A program made the position numbers and the translations under genes. Shown here one piece after another: positions 13,339 to 26,200 of a DNA stretch of 64,000 nucleotides. The notes beneath the pieces are model-generated. The model was not told the DNA's origin, did no database searches, and saw nothing but the letters and a program-made list of their open reading frames with translations. Numbering within the stretch: position 1 is the stretch's first letter; every line of letters starts with the position of its first letter. Source of the DNA: the human T2T-CHM13v2.0 reference genome, Homo sapiens; NCBI RefSeq assembly GCF_009914755.1, contig NC_060927.1. The stretch is one strand, 5' to 3'.

Positions 13339-13469
13339 TACTTTTTTTATTTTTTTAATTTTAATTCTTAATTTTTGTGGGTTCATAGTAGGTGAATATA
13401 TTTATGGGATGCATGAGATGTTTTGATGCAGGCACGCAATGTGAAATAAGCACATCATAGAGAATGGGG
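13339..13469 (-). mobile_element. 5'-truncated L1MA1-like 3' end inserted in the older L1
   Basis: Reverse complement of ...CCCCATTCTC.ATGATGTGCTTATTTCACATTGC.TGCCTG.ATCAAAACATCTCATG...CCCACAAAAATTAA plus A-rich tail. TSD TAGCACATTAACT (13326-13338) / TAGCACAGTAACT (13470-13482). Confidence 0.85.
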
Positions 13470-13623
13470 TAGCACAGTAACTGTTGACTTTTCTTGAATA
13501 AGGGCATTCAAGTCATAATTAAAACTAAATTACCCTCTAAACACACCTTTAGTTGCATCCCCAAGTATGAGTTTTCTTCAGTCAGTTCAAAATAGTTTCC
13601 AACTTCCACTTGATTTCTTCTTT

Positions 13624-13886
<263 letters not shown>

Positions 13887-14681
13887 TAGTGTAAGTCTAT
13901 TGGTGACAGATTCTCAGCTTTCATCAGAAAATGCATGTATCTTACCTTCATTCATGAAGTCATTCATTCATTCATATTAACTGGGTATGGAAATCTAACT
14001 CAGTAGTTCTTTTGGCTCTCAGACATATCCTGTGGTCTTCTGATTTTCATTTTTTTGTAGTTGTTGTTTTTGGTCTAATTATGACTTCTTTGAAAAGCCA
14101 GTGATTTTTTTCCTTCTTAAGTCTGAGTTTCTCTTTGTTTTTGCTTTTCTGCAATTTTATTGTAATGTGTCTAAGCATGGAATCTTCACTGATGCTTTGA
14201 TTTTGCTGTGTTTCGGATTTTTGGATTGGTAGCTTTTCCTGGTTCTGAAAAATTGTCAGCCATCGTCTCTTTAAATCTAGATTCCACTGAAACTCTGTTT
14301 TCTCTCCCCATGGAAATATGAATAAATATCTTTCAACTTTCTCCCTGTATTTTGTCTTCTGTCCTCTTTTCTACTTTTTCCTCTACTCTACCTCTTCATG
14401 TTTCAGTCTGGTATTTTCATATGGCTCATCTTTGAGTTCACTAATTCTCTTTCTGGCTGTGAATAATGTGTTGCTAAATTCATTCGAGTTCTAGAATTTT
14501 TATTTGGTTATTTTTCTCATGATCTGTGTCTTTTCTTTGTAATAAATTCTAGCTCTCTGCTAAACTTAAAAAACAATCTTGTCTTTTCTCTCCATAAATA
14601 AACATAGTTAATTTAACATCTATGTCTGATAATTCCAATTTCCAGGTAACCTGTGGTTCTGATCTTGTTTGTATCAATTTC

Positions 14682-15062
14682 CGTCTTAAGCAGCTTGAGC
14701 TGCTATGACAAAATATCATAGACTGGGTAGCTTAAACAATAGAAACTTATTTCTCATAGTCCTGGAAGCTGGGAACTCCAACATCAAGGTGCCAGCAAGG
14801 TCGGTTCATTCTGAGGCCTCTCCTCTTGGCTTGTGGATGGGCCACCATCTTGCTGTGTGCTCACGTGACCCCTTCTTTGAATATGCATAAAGATAGAAAT
14901 CTGATGTCTTTTCTTATCATTGCACCTACTCCACCCTGAGGGCCCCACCCTTGCGACCTTATCTAAATCTACTTACCTCCTGAAAGCCTACCTCCTAATA
15001 CCATCACATGGGGGTTAGGGCTTAAATGAATTGTGGAAGGACACAACATTCAGTCCACAACA
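14682..15062 (-). mobile_element. MaLR solo LTR, MLT1A0-like
   Basis: GCTGCTATGACAAAATATCATAGACTGGGTAGCTTAAACAATAGAAACTTATTTCTCA...CAAGGTGCCAGCA...GACACAACATTCAGTCCACAACA. Confidence 0.85.
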
Positions 15063-15677
15063 ACTTGTCTCATCACAGGCCTTCTGTGTTTGTGTGTGTG
15101 GGGAGGGCACTGTGGCATTGGGGGGGACAAACATTCACACATATACTGAGCATTCTGTTTGGAAACAAATGTGAGAAATAATTTCAGGTCTTGGTTGGTA
15201 TTACTTTCTTCCAGAGAGGATTTTCTGGCTTCTGCCAGGAGTTTAATGGACTAGCAATTTGAGATCACCTTAATTCAATTTCCAGTCATGAGTTTCTCAC
15301 CTGCCCAGATGATTTGAAGTTGGGCTGTAGTTGGTGTAAGGGCTCACTCTTATTCCAAGGGTATAACTCTCCCAGATCTTTGAATTCCCACCCAGAGGTG
15401 GAGGTTTAGCAAGGAATCTACCATTGGAAAACTGACTATTGCTTTATCTCCACTTGCCTCTCTGAGGCTCACAAATGCCCTTAATGGAAAAGCAACCTCA
15501 AACATGGGGCTCACTTCTATGGATTTCTGTCTTCCTTGGCTCTTGGTCCTATAATCTTTTGCTACCTTCCTACTTCTAACAGATTTTTAGAAAGTTCTGT
15601 GTAGTCTTTCTAGTTGAACACAGTGGGAGGATTGAGTCAAATTATTTGGCCTTTAGTAACAAAAGCAGAAGACACAC

Positions 15678-15705
15678 TTTTTTTTTTTTTTTTTTTTTTT
15701 TTTTT
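15678..15705. repeat. Poly(T)28
   Basis: Direct homopolymer run. Confidence 0.95.
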
Positions 15706-15849
15706 AGTGGTCTGAAAACCTCCTGCCCTACAGATTTAATTCTTTAGTTACTGCTTGAACTAATTTCTCATTACCTGAATATCCCTATAATTTATCATCT
15801 TCAAAATATACTAGAAATCAGAAAAAAATAATGTATTTATACTATTGAC

Positions 15850-16020
15850 ATACTGGTTTCCCATTCCATTATTTTGTGTTTTCCTTATAATAACCCTGGG
15901 ATATAAGTAAAATGCTTTCTCTATCATTATAATTCAGAGATTAGGAAATTGAGCACAAAAGAGCGACACGTCCAGGTTCAGAGAGTAAGTGTAGTGGCAA
16001 ACGTTGGTGGGGTTCCACTT
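15850..16020 (-). mobile_element. MIR fragment
   Basis: AATAACCCTGGGA...CAGAGATTAGGAAATTGAGCAC...GTCCAGGTTCA, the reverse MIR core. Confidence 0.5.
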
Positions 16021-19000
16021 TAAATTATTTAAAGATATTTGCACTGAGAGTAGAAACCAAACTGACAAGACAATTCAGATGCCATTCTTAGGAGACTGCA
16101 GAGTGTCTTTTTATACTTTCAGTCGGTGGTGTATATGCCTGGTGCTTAGGACAGGGGATTGGAAAACAGGTTTCTTGTTGGGAGAGAGAGAGGCGCTGGG
16201 ACATAATTTTCACCAAACTGTAATGTTCATTTTATCAGTCTTTTGTTTTTAAAGCACATTTTAAAAAGTTCTGTGTAAAACACAAGACAAACATTTGCTC
16301 TGGAGGACACATTACCTGCCACTTGACTTTTTCTTTTGATTCGGTATCATTTACATGAAGCTCTAGTACAGGGGGTAACCCCATGATAGGGTTGTAAAAT
16401 CCAGTGCAGTGAGGGCTGGGGAGATAAAAGAGGAGGTGGCAGACATTCGTCCCCTGAAGGAGTTGGGTATAAGACAGGAAAAGTTTATTCCCAGGATGGC
16501 TTCCTTAGCACTCTCTTCCCCTGTCTTTGTATGGTTCCTGACCTCTCCAAAAATCATGTTCTGCCTCAATTATCTGTGTAGGCGAAAAGAAGGAAAAACA
16601 GGTTTCTGGAGGAAGAAGAAGTGGCACACACATACATTTAGTCTGGGGTGTAATTTTACCCCACTTACACCACTGGGACAAGTGGTGACATTTTAATTAA
16701 CAAGATGTTCCCTACTTAGCTCTATCCTCTCTTTTCCTCATTGTTGGGAGGACTTTAGTTTAATACATAAGACACTCACAGTCTCAATTGCCCACCACTC
16801 ATGATGAATTTGAGGTGGTAGAGTACACTGAACTGCTTCTTAGATAATCAGAGAAGTATTAAAGCCAGAAGGAGCACAATCTAGAGCTGACTTTGCTAGT
16901 GTACCCTGTATTGATGATCCCGGTTAAGTATGTACATAATACTTGATTGATGCCCCAGCATGTCAAAATAATGGAGCATTTATTATGTAAGAAGTGGCTG
17001 AGGGACATTTTAGGCACAGGACCAAATGAATTGCATAAATATTAGCTATTATGAAGCAGTGGGGTCAAAGGTTATAAATGTGAATTTTCATAGCCTTTCT
17101 TCATATTAACCTTCCACACTGTCTAGAAGAGTCTTCATTCTCACCCTCCTTTCAGGCAGAGACAGACAAAAAGGCAACACTGAAAGGAGCACACTATGGA
17201 GAGTGGAGAGAAGCAAGTACAAAAAGAAAAGAAATGTCTTAGGAGAAGAAAGATTTAGAAAGTTTTTGCTATATAAGAGTATGCAGATTAATATGCAGTT
17301 ATCCATTGCTGGAGATGAGGATAAAAATGATGAGGGTGACAATGACAAGCTTTATTTTATTGTATTACAATTTGATGGTATTACCATTTTGCAAGATGTA
17401 AGTAAGTAAAGCCTGAAACTCTTAAAAAATTATCTTTGGCTATTTAGATTATACTTTTCTGAAAAGGACTCTGTGGTAATGAATCATGTGGTTTCAAGAT
17501 TCACATGCGTTAAAATTACTTCAGGACACTAGTCATTTTTCAATTACCAGTAGAAGTAAATCTCAAAGGAAGAGTTCTGCAGATTCTTGAGCCATCAATG
17601 GCCTGTAGGAAATCTTTTGAACAACTGGGTACATGTTGGAGAAAGTAGGGTCTTGTTAAAACATTTTAAAAATAACTAAACTAAGCCAAAAATCCATTTT
17701 GGATCCATGGGGTAGACTGTCTCATAGAATGTTTCTAAAAGGAGGTTTTTAAAGTGTTGTTGGATGGTCCCTCTTTTGAGTTGCTGGAACATAAATCATT
17801 TGAGACATTTGATTTGATGGTTTATAAAGTTTCCATGACTCTGTGGTTTATTATTCCCAATTTAGGCACAGGGAGTTGGTTTATATTTATCTAATCCAGG
17901 TAATAGAGTATTTAATTTCCTGTCACTAAAACCAGATTCTAGAAATGTAATCATCTAAATAGAATGAGAGGAGAGGCAGCCAGATCCAACAGAAATTGGA
18001 CTGGAGAAGAAGGGGAAAAAAAAACAACTGAAATCTCCCTTCTGGCTTCTTTTAAAACAATGGGTCCTTTGTCAGGCAAAGAGCTTTTTGAACACACTAA
18101 GATATCTTTAGCCTTAAAAGAAGTATCTTCTCTTGTACCTGTAGCCTAAAGAAAATCTATTTTCATAACAATCTGGGAACGGCTGAAAGAGTTTCATAAT
18201 TGTTCTGAAACTTGGGGATGGCTGAAACATTTACATTGGTACTGAGCTCCTCACATGGGGTTTATCTAGTGGGTTTAAGATTAAATTGGTGATGAAGCTG
18301 AATTTAAAATCCACCTTTCCCCCAAGAAAATATGAGAGTACTATGATCAGCTTCCTGGGCCTTTCTCATTAGAGGCTTCTGTGCTGACAGTGGAACATCT
18401 CTGAGGTGGTTGAGATTTGGGGTAGATTTCAAAAGGTACAATTTACAGACCAGAACATGTGCTAAATAGGCAAACCTGTCCTTTCTCAATCACCTTGACT
18501 ATCCACAATTATGATATAAGGGTGATCCAGTGGCAGAAATTATGGTGATTTTTCAAAAACGCCAGTGTTGAAATTTTGCCTTGACAGTACATCTATAACT
18601 ACTAATAATGCTGTATTGGGCTGACTCAGTTGCTTTGAAATTGCATGGTCCCATTATGAGTAAATGAGAGGCAACCAATTATCTATAAAATAACGACGTG
18701 CACAGAGAAGAGCTTGATGAATTACAAGTGAGCTCTGCTGACACAACAGGGTGTGGAAACCTGCCCTGCTCTGACTTTCCATCAGAATTAGGGGTGATGC
18801 TTGCATATTTTAACAACATATCCCCCTCAATTCTAATGTGGAATGGGAGAGGGGAGGATGGGGAGATGGCAAAATCTTCCCCCCTAGTCACTAGGACACA
18901 TGCCATTGCTTTAAAATTAAGTAGAAAAACTGCTTGGGTGTATAGTGGCAGCAAATCCAAGTATCAATACCTGCATAAAGAATTACCATCCTCCAGGAAG

Positions 19001-19586
19001 AAGGCAACATTAGATAAGAAATGCAGGTCTCCTGTCATCTAATGTGATTTAGAACATAGACTAAAAGAGCCATTGCAAATCCCTTGTCCCGGAACTCAGT
19101 CCAGTGTGTAGGGAGCAAATGCATAAATTCACCTATGCAGAGAGCAGACGCTGAATTCCTGGAACGAAAGGATTGCCAGCCTCATCAAGGATCTGTCACA
19201 TGGTGAGTGAGACAACTGCAGCTTCATTCAGCAACCCTTGGGCTGTTGAGCTCCTTGTGCATGGTGAAGGCAATAACCCTTTCTCACTACTGCTCAAGAA
19301 ACTGCAATTCAAAGTCATTTTCTGGTAGGCAAAGGATACAGAGAGAAGCTAAAACACCAAAATGCAGGTGCATATAACCCTGGAGGGTTATATGGGAAGA
19401 TAAAGAGAGTTCTTTTACACAATTAATCTGATGTTGGTGTCTTGATGGCTTCAAGAGGCTGAGGAGTCAGTACATAGTTTCAGAATGTTTACCTTTGTTG
19501 TCCTAATGGTACTCTTGCTATGCTGAGGATTAATTCTTTATATGTAAGGAAGATATAGAAATAATACTTACCAAGGAGTTGCTAGG

Positions 19587-19907
19587 TGTATTAGTTTGTT
19601 CTCATGCTGCTAATAACCACACACTCAAGACTGGGTAATTTATAAAGGAATGAGGTTTAATGGACTCGCAATCATGGAGGAAGGCAAAAGAGGAGCAAAG
19701 CCACGTCTTACATGGCAGCAGGCAAGACAGCGTATTCAGGGGAAATGTCCTTTATAAAACCATCACTATCAATCATGAGAACAGCATGGGAAAGACCCTC
19801 CCCCTTGATTCAGTTACCTCCCACTGGGTCCCTCCCATGACATGTGGGGATTATGGGAGCTACAATTCAAGATGAGATGTGGGTGGGGAAACAGCCAAAT
19901 CGTATAA
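19587..19907 (-). mobile_element. THE1C solo LTR (MaLR) with two internal deletions
   Basis: TGTATTAGTTTGTTCTCATGCTGCTAATAA...GAGATGTGGGTGGGGAAACAGCCAAA. Perfect 5-bp TSD CTAGG (19582-19586 / 19908-19912). Confidence 0.9.
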
Positions 19908-21054
19908 CTAGGTATGTCCACCCCAAACATTAAGTCAAGAACATCTTTTTGGTCTTATAGTCTTTATTCTTATATAGGGCATCTCTGGATATAGGTGTTC
20001 ACATTCTTCTTTGCAACCTGTTGGTTTTCAAGACAGACTGTCGGCAAGCAAAATGTCAGAGGCAAGCACTGAGATTTGACCCATCAGCCCTAGGGAAGCT
20101 GACTCTTTGGTTTTCCCCCATGCACCTTGTCTTCTTGATATGCCTGCAGGGGTTGGGGGGAGGTGGGTGGGTGGAAAGGAGTACTGGTTTAGGGTTGAAG
20201 CAAGTCTAAAGCCAGCTTGCTCTGGGTTTAAGATCTGGCCTCCACTGCTGTTTCTCCAAAGTTGGGAGTCAGTCATATTCCTGTTTAAGATAATCTTAAG
20301 TGATCTACATTGAATCTCTCAGTAGGTTATTCTCTTTAATCCTTCTGAATATGCCAAATGGAGAGTTTCGGTTTGGTGCTAGAATTAAATGCCCCTCTAA
20401 TGGTGGCTAGCCTCACTTTTTAACACAGAGACTGAATCTCACTCCTAGTTGCTAAGGCAAGCAACTATGCAGAGCTGGAAATCATCAGCATTGTTTTTCT
20501 CTTATGTTTATTTTTATGCTTAACTTCTAATTACAGGTAGTACTTGTTTTTCTTTGAGGCTGAAATATAAAGTTTAAGATATATATACTAAAATTCAAAA
20601 AGTGAATCAAGTAAATAATGCTCTAGGTGGTCCACAAAGATAAGAAAAATCATGACAAAATGGGAATGAATGCAATTTGGGGAACACTGTATTCGCCCAA
20701 GTGATGTTTATTTAGGCATGTGGTCAGATGGTAAAGAAAAGAAAGTGGGAGGGTAGCCTAGGCAGGATTCAGCATGATCTGAGAATCTTGCAAGTAGAAC
20801 CAAGTTGGTTGGGGAAATCCAGGCCCATTTTGGTTTCTGCTACCTGGCTGTAGTGTGACCAGGGAGGCAGGTGCTGGGCAGGGTTGTATTAACAAGGCAG
20901 GTAAGGAAGAAGTCCAGCAGGCGAGGAGGTGGGAGGTCCTCAAGGCAGAAATAGGCCAGTAGATAAGGTGAAGAGGCTAAGAAGACTATTTGGAGGGTAC
21001 AAGGGGAGATGGGACAGGGAGAAGGAAGTGGCTAGAGAGGTGAGCTCTTTTAGC

Positions 21055-21255
21055 AAGGAGGGCAGTACACAGACTAAGAGAATGGCCTTTAGGGTGGGAC
21101 TGCCTGGATTCAAATCTGAGCTTTGCCACTTACCGTTGGCCTTGAACTAATAATACTTAACATCCTTAAGCCTTAGTTTTCTCATCACTTGCAAGACAGG
21201 ATAATAACAGGGTCTACATCTTATAAATTCTTAGCAAGTGTGTTGGCTAGTGTTA
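21055..21255 (+). mobile_element. MIR
   Basis: GACTGCCTGGATTCAAATCTGAGCTTTGCCACTTACC...AAGCCTTAGTTTTCTCATC...GGATAATAACAG. Confidence 0.7.
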
Positions 21256-21615
21256 TCAATTCCAGGGCTGAGCCCTATCATGTCTGCCTCTGTGCATGTT
21301 GAGAATTGTGCAGTTTTGCAGAGTGAGCACCATGAATGTCTTTAAACTTGCTCTGCCTAAGACTAGCTTGCTGCTGAGGGAATAATCACGAAAGCTGGAG
21401 AAGGCCAAGTCTATCTGACCTTCAGATTAACAATTTTTAAAGTCTAGCTATGTCCAAATATTTCATAATTGCCCTATTTACTAACACATTTCAGGGGTTT
21501 CATGAACCACTTAATGTATAAAAATTCAATATGTAGACATTTTTTTTGAAAAGGGAAGAAATAAGCAGGTGGACCAATCCAACGATTGAATTTCCTTTAA
21601 AAAAGTAACTGTAAC

Positions 21616-22157
21616 TGTAATAGGTTTGTTGCCTAATTCATGGCAAGTCAATACACCGAGACACAGGGTTGCAGCAGAGAAGGAAGTTTAATCATAAGGC
21701 TGCCGAATAAGGAGACAGGGGGAAACCTCAAATCTGCCTGTCTGAGCCGTTTAGGTCTAGGTATTTTAAGGGAGTTGGAGTGACCGAGGTGGGGGATCAC
21801 TGGTTGAAGAATACAGGATGGTGAGATGAAGAAACTGCATTTTCATGCTGATTCAGTTCCTCTTGGGGAGAGGCGGGGGGGCGGTCTTCAAACTGGTTGG
21901 CAATAGCTCTTTTGCTGGAATTCAGGATCTGAAAAACATCTTAAGCCATTTTTAAACAAACAAAGGCCTTATGATTCTAACATCAGAAATCTTCTCTGTA
22001 GGAACAATGAGGAGGCAAATGGTTAGCATCTGGTGCTCTGGGACTTTTGGTTACGAAGAAGTGGGCCAAAGTGCAGCCTGATTAATGCTTAATTACAACT
22101 ATATTTCTGTCCAGAACCCAGCATCTAATTCTTGTTAACCCTGTGAGGATGGTTTCA
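21616..22157 (-). mobile_element. Solo ERV1 LTR, LTR26/LTR8-related
   Basis: Minus strand begins TGAAACCATCCTCACAGGGTTAACAAGAATT and ends ...GGCAACAAACCTATTACA (TG...CA); 542 bp; no clear TSD. Confidence 0.7.
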
Positions 22158-23454
22158 ATAGAATGTTTCCATTGTCCTTAAAGGGAGGTATAGTTAGTCC
22201 CATTATACTCCAGGTAATGATGACAGTCTTGGCAAAATCTTAGGACCCTAAGTTGTTTGCCACCTCACAACCTATATTATCCGTCCTAGTCTTAGTTACC
22301 ACATCTGACTGCTGGGAAGACTGAGGGTGATTTGTTTGGTCTGTGCACAAAACCTTTAAAGAGAAATACACATGTTAGTTAACTTAAAAATCCACAGGTA
22401 CTGTGGCAATAGTTTGTGTAACAAGTTAGGGTAAATATCTTTCTGGTAAGATGTACAAGGGAAGTCAATTTACCTGGAAGACAGGAGGTGTCAGGCCTCC
22501 AGGCAAGACAGAAGCAAAAACTGACAAAACAAAGCCTACAGGAAATTTGGGTAATAAGTTTGAATCTTCTTAAAGTTCTTAAAGTGTCTAGAAAAAGCGT
22601 TCTAAGACAAAACTCCTACAATTCAGCAAGCCTTGGGAAAAAGGCTAAAGCTTTCTAGCCTCTACCTGAAAATACCCACTGCATAGAAAACCCAGGAGAA
22701 AAAATTCAACCTAGGCAGTCAAGTCTGAGGTATTGTCACCCCATTTAAATTTGAACAGGGCACTCTAAAATGACATACTGGCCTTCATAAGAGGAACAGA
22801 AAGAGGTTTGTAGTCATGCCCATAGGCCTATGTTCTTAGGTAAACTAAACTAGCTTGATCCTTAAAAAACGAGAGAGAGATGGTGAACAGTGGAAAAGGT
22901 TCAAAATAAAATATGAAAGACAGCCTCTGTTACAGCACTTGCCATATCCCCCCAGGCAACTGAGTGCAGAGCTGACAAACTTATGACATGGGAGAATGAA
23001 ATAAGCTTTCTAGAATGCAAGGATCTGAGTACAACACCATATTTGAACAACAATAGGGGGCAAGGTAGTCTGGGTCTTTAACTATTTAGAATACTCTAAA
23101 AAGAGGGCTGGGGAGAGAAAGGCCAAGTGCACATATATTTAAAGCTATCCAGTAAAGACTTACTTACATTTCAAGGTGAAATCAGAATACAATGAATGTG
23201 TTTTCTAGCTAAAAATCCTGATCACTAAGTGGTTGATACAATTTTTTCCAATCAATTGCTAACAGCATTTATTCACTAATTTTGTTTTTTATTTGTGTCT
23301 GATCTACTTCTGCAACTTATAACATGAACATATTTATTCACAGGTCAGATGAAGAATTGCCTAATTTTAATTTGGAATTATCTAATTCTAAAAACAAAAA
23401 AGAAACTATTTATAGGAGAGGATCTGTAACTGGGGTCCATGGGAGTTTATTAAC

Positions 23455-23557
23455 AGGTTTGCCAGAAAAAAATACAAGATACCAGTTAAATTTGAATTTC
23501 AGATAAACAAGTAATTTTTTTAGTCTAGATATATGCCAGTATTGCATGGTAACCCTA
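23455..23557. mobile_element. MER53, one arm plus far terminus (internal deletion)
   Basis: GGTTTGCCAG...AAATACAAGATACCAGTTAAATTTGAATTTCAGATAAACAA...TTTTTTAGT, then directly GGTAACCCT. Confidence 0.75.
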
Positions 23558-23566
23558 TATTTATAA

Positions 23567-23849
<283 letters not shown>

Positions 23850-24779
23850 TAGATTGCCAGATAGATCTAGGCATGAGCTCCTTAGACACTGCATAAAAAT
23901 TTGGAGTAGAAGCATTTTGACAAGGAAATTGGCTATAGCTATCTTTCTACCAGAGTCGAGTCTTAAACCTATGATCTCTCAACAGTTAGTCATCATTAAG
24001 ACAAAGATTAATTCTATCAAGCCTTGACTTTTCCCTGTGGCCTGAGCTTCCTAGGAGCCGAACATAAAGGGAAACATGAAGGGCAATTTACCAAATAGCA
24101 ACTGAAGAGAAGAGTCCACTCAGCGAAAGCAGAGGAGTTTGCCCGGGGGCGTGTTAGGGAGGCAGAGAAAGCTGGTTTACAGGGCTTTGCAGACAGACTT
24201 GAGCCTAAGGGCCATGTCACACCCTTAAGTTGGGGTTGACCTTTTAAACAAGAAGTTGTGCATGACAGAAGGTCTGCTTTGTGAACATTGGATTCTGGAG
24301 GAGCACCACCGCAGGAAAGACTGGAGAAAGGTGGTGGTGGGCTGGGGGCACTGGCTTGGAAGAAGAGAGTGAAGAGGCAGGAGAGTTGGAAGAGACTGGG
24401 AGGCTGGGAATACAGTACTCAAGGGCCAGGGTTTTCTCCCCTCCAGCTCTTTGTCCTTTGCAGCCACCACCCAAGGATGCTGGTGAAGGTGTTTTTGTGC
24501 ATCCCCATTCTGAGAGTGCAGCCTCTTTCCTGAGGCCCACGGGAGGGTCTGGGTAATGACGAAATGCAGTCTTTACCTGTGTCACTGAAAGTAGACCCGC
24601 AGAGCTGCGGCTTCTGCTGCCATTTCCTCCTCTGATCTCCAAGAGGCAGGAAAGTCCTCCTTGTCATGTTTCTGGAGCTTTGGAGAAAAAAAAAGGAAGA
24701 GGCTCTTTCATGGGCCCTTGGGATCTCCTTGAACAAATTTCGGGGGGCTGGGGGAGACTGAACAAAATTTGCAAATTAG

Positions 24780-25437
24780 AGGCCAGTAGGTGTATCTTTT
24801 AATTGTTTCAGTTGCTACAACTTGCAAATAGGCTTTATACAAGAATCCACATTTAAAATAATCAGATCATTTGCCATCTTGTAATCATCTACTGAGGCTG
24901 AGGGGGGTGATGATATGATATAGGTCTGTGTCCTTGCCCATATCTCATGTCAAATTAGAATCCCCAGTGTCAGAGGTGGGGCCTGGTGGCAAGTGACTGG
25001 ACCATCAAGGCAGAATTCCCCATTGGTGCTGTTCTCATGATAGTGAGTTATTGGGGGACCTTATTGTTTAAAAGTGTGTAGCACCTCCCTCCACTCTCTC
25101 TTCCTCCTGCTCCAGCCACAGAAGACGTGCCTGCTTTCCCTTCCGCCATGATTGAAAGGTTCCTGAGGCCTCCCCAACCATGCTTTCTGTACAGCCTGAG
25201 AAACCAGGAGCCAATTAAACTGCTGTTCCTTATAAATTACCCAGCCCCGGGTAGTTCCTTATAGCACTGTAAGAATGGACTAATACAGGTGATCACAGAT
25301 TGGGATGAAGTGGGGGAATGGGGAGCATTTGCCATTCCCAGAATCTCCCCCACACTCTTCTAATTTTCTTATGTTTAATAGGCATCATTCATTTATTTTA
25401 CTTCCTGGATTTTGAAGGCATTGAGTTTGCCACCAAC
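24780..25437. mobile_element. MER102-like hAT-Charlie element split by an MST/THE1 LTR
   Basis: Right piece ends CCTGGATTTTGAAGGCATTGAGTTTGCCACC (MER102-type terminus); left piece contains AAGAATCCACATTT...GGGCTGAG-like sequence. Confidence 0.5.
24911..25287 (+). mobile_element. MaLR solo LTR, MSTA/THE1D-like
   Basis: TGATATG...TGTGTCC...ATCTCATGTC...TTATAAATTACCCAG...GAATGGACTAATACA. Perfect 5-bp TSD GGTGA (24906-24910 / 25288-25292). Confidence 0.9.
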
Positions 25438-26004
25438 CCATAATCCCCTCCTTCAAGGTGGCCTGTGGTTTACCTCCTACTCTCTTTGGTTTAGACTCTC
25501 TTGCATGAGCTCTGAGCAGTTTTGTTCAGTGAACCAAATTTATGATAATGACACAAGGGCCATGAGAACTGAGTAAGTAATAAGTATTTCCATTAAAAGA
25601 GGGTTCAAGCAGGGAAACAGTAAAAAAGAGATTAAATGAGAAAACAACTTACAAAAAATTAACAATTTGTCTCAAAATTAACACTTGAATCATTTAAATT
25701 CCTCCTCAGATTACAGGCATATTTAAAAAATTGTGTGTATGTCTCAGATTTACATATAGAGTGAATACAATTTCAATTCTATCAGAGTGGATGTTCTCAG
25801 AACTCTCTTCCTTAGAAATGCTCAATTTTCTCCCTTAACCTCCTATTATGATTCAATTTCATTAACTAAATTTATTGTTCCTGTGTGTGGCTCTATACAT
25901 TGTAAAATGCCGCAGGTTATCCGTTCATTCTTCATGGGAATGCACAGTGTAGTATTTTGTGTTATGTGTTAAAAGTCATTTGGGATTGAGACAATTTAAT
26001 AGCA

Positions 26005-26200
26005 CCAATGATAGCTAGCATTTATGATGTGAAAGGCGCACATTATTTCTTTGATATACATTATTTCGTTTAATCCTTACAATAACTCATAAAACTGACG
26101 CTACTTAACCCCATGTTACTGTGGAGGAAACTGAGTTCTGAGGAAGTTCATACCCCGGTCCAAAGATCACCCAGCTAGGTAGTGGGGTAGGTGCCAGTAT
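26005..26200 (-). mobile_element. MIR
   Basis: TTTAATCCTTACAATAAC...GAGGAAACTGAGTTCTGAGGAAGTT...CAAAGATCACCCAGCTAG. Confidence 0.7.

Noticed and set aside
18170-18250. Degenerate ~38-bp direct repeat sharing GGCTGAAA
   Set aside because: Only two diverged copies; an old local duplication with no sign of function.
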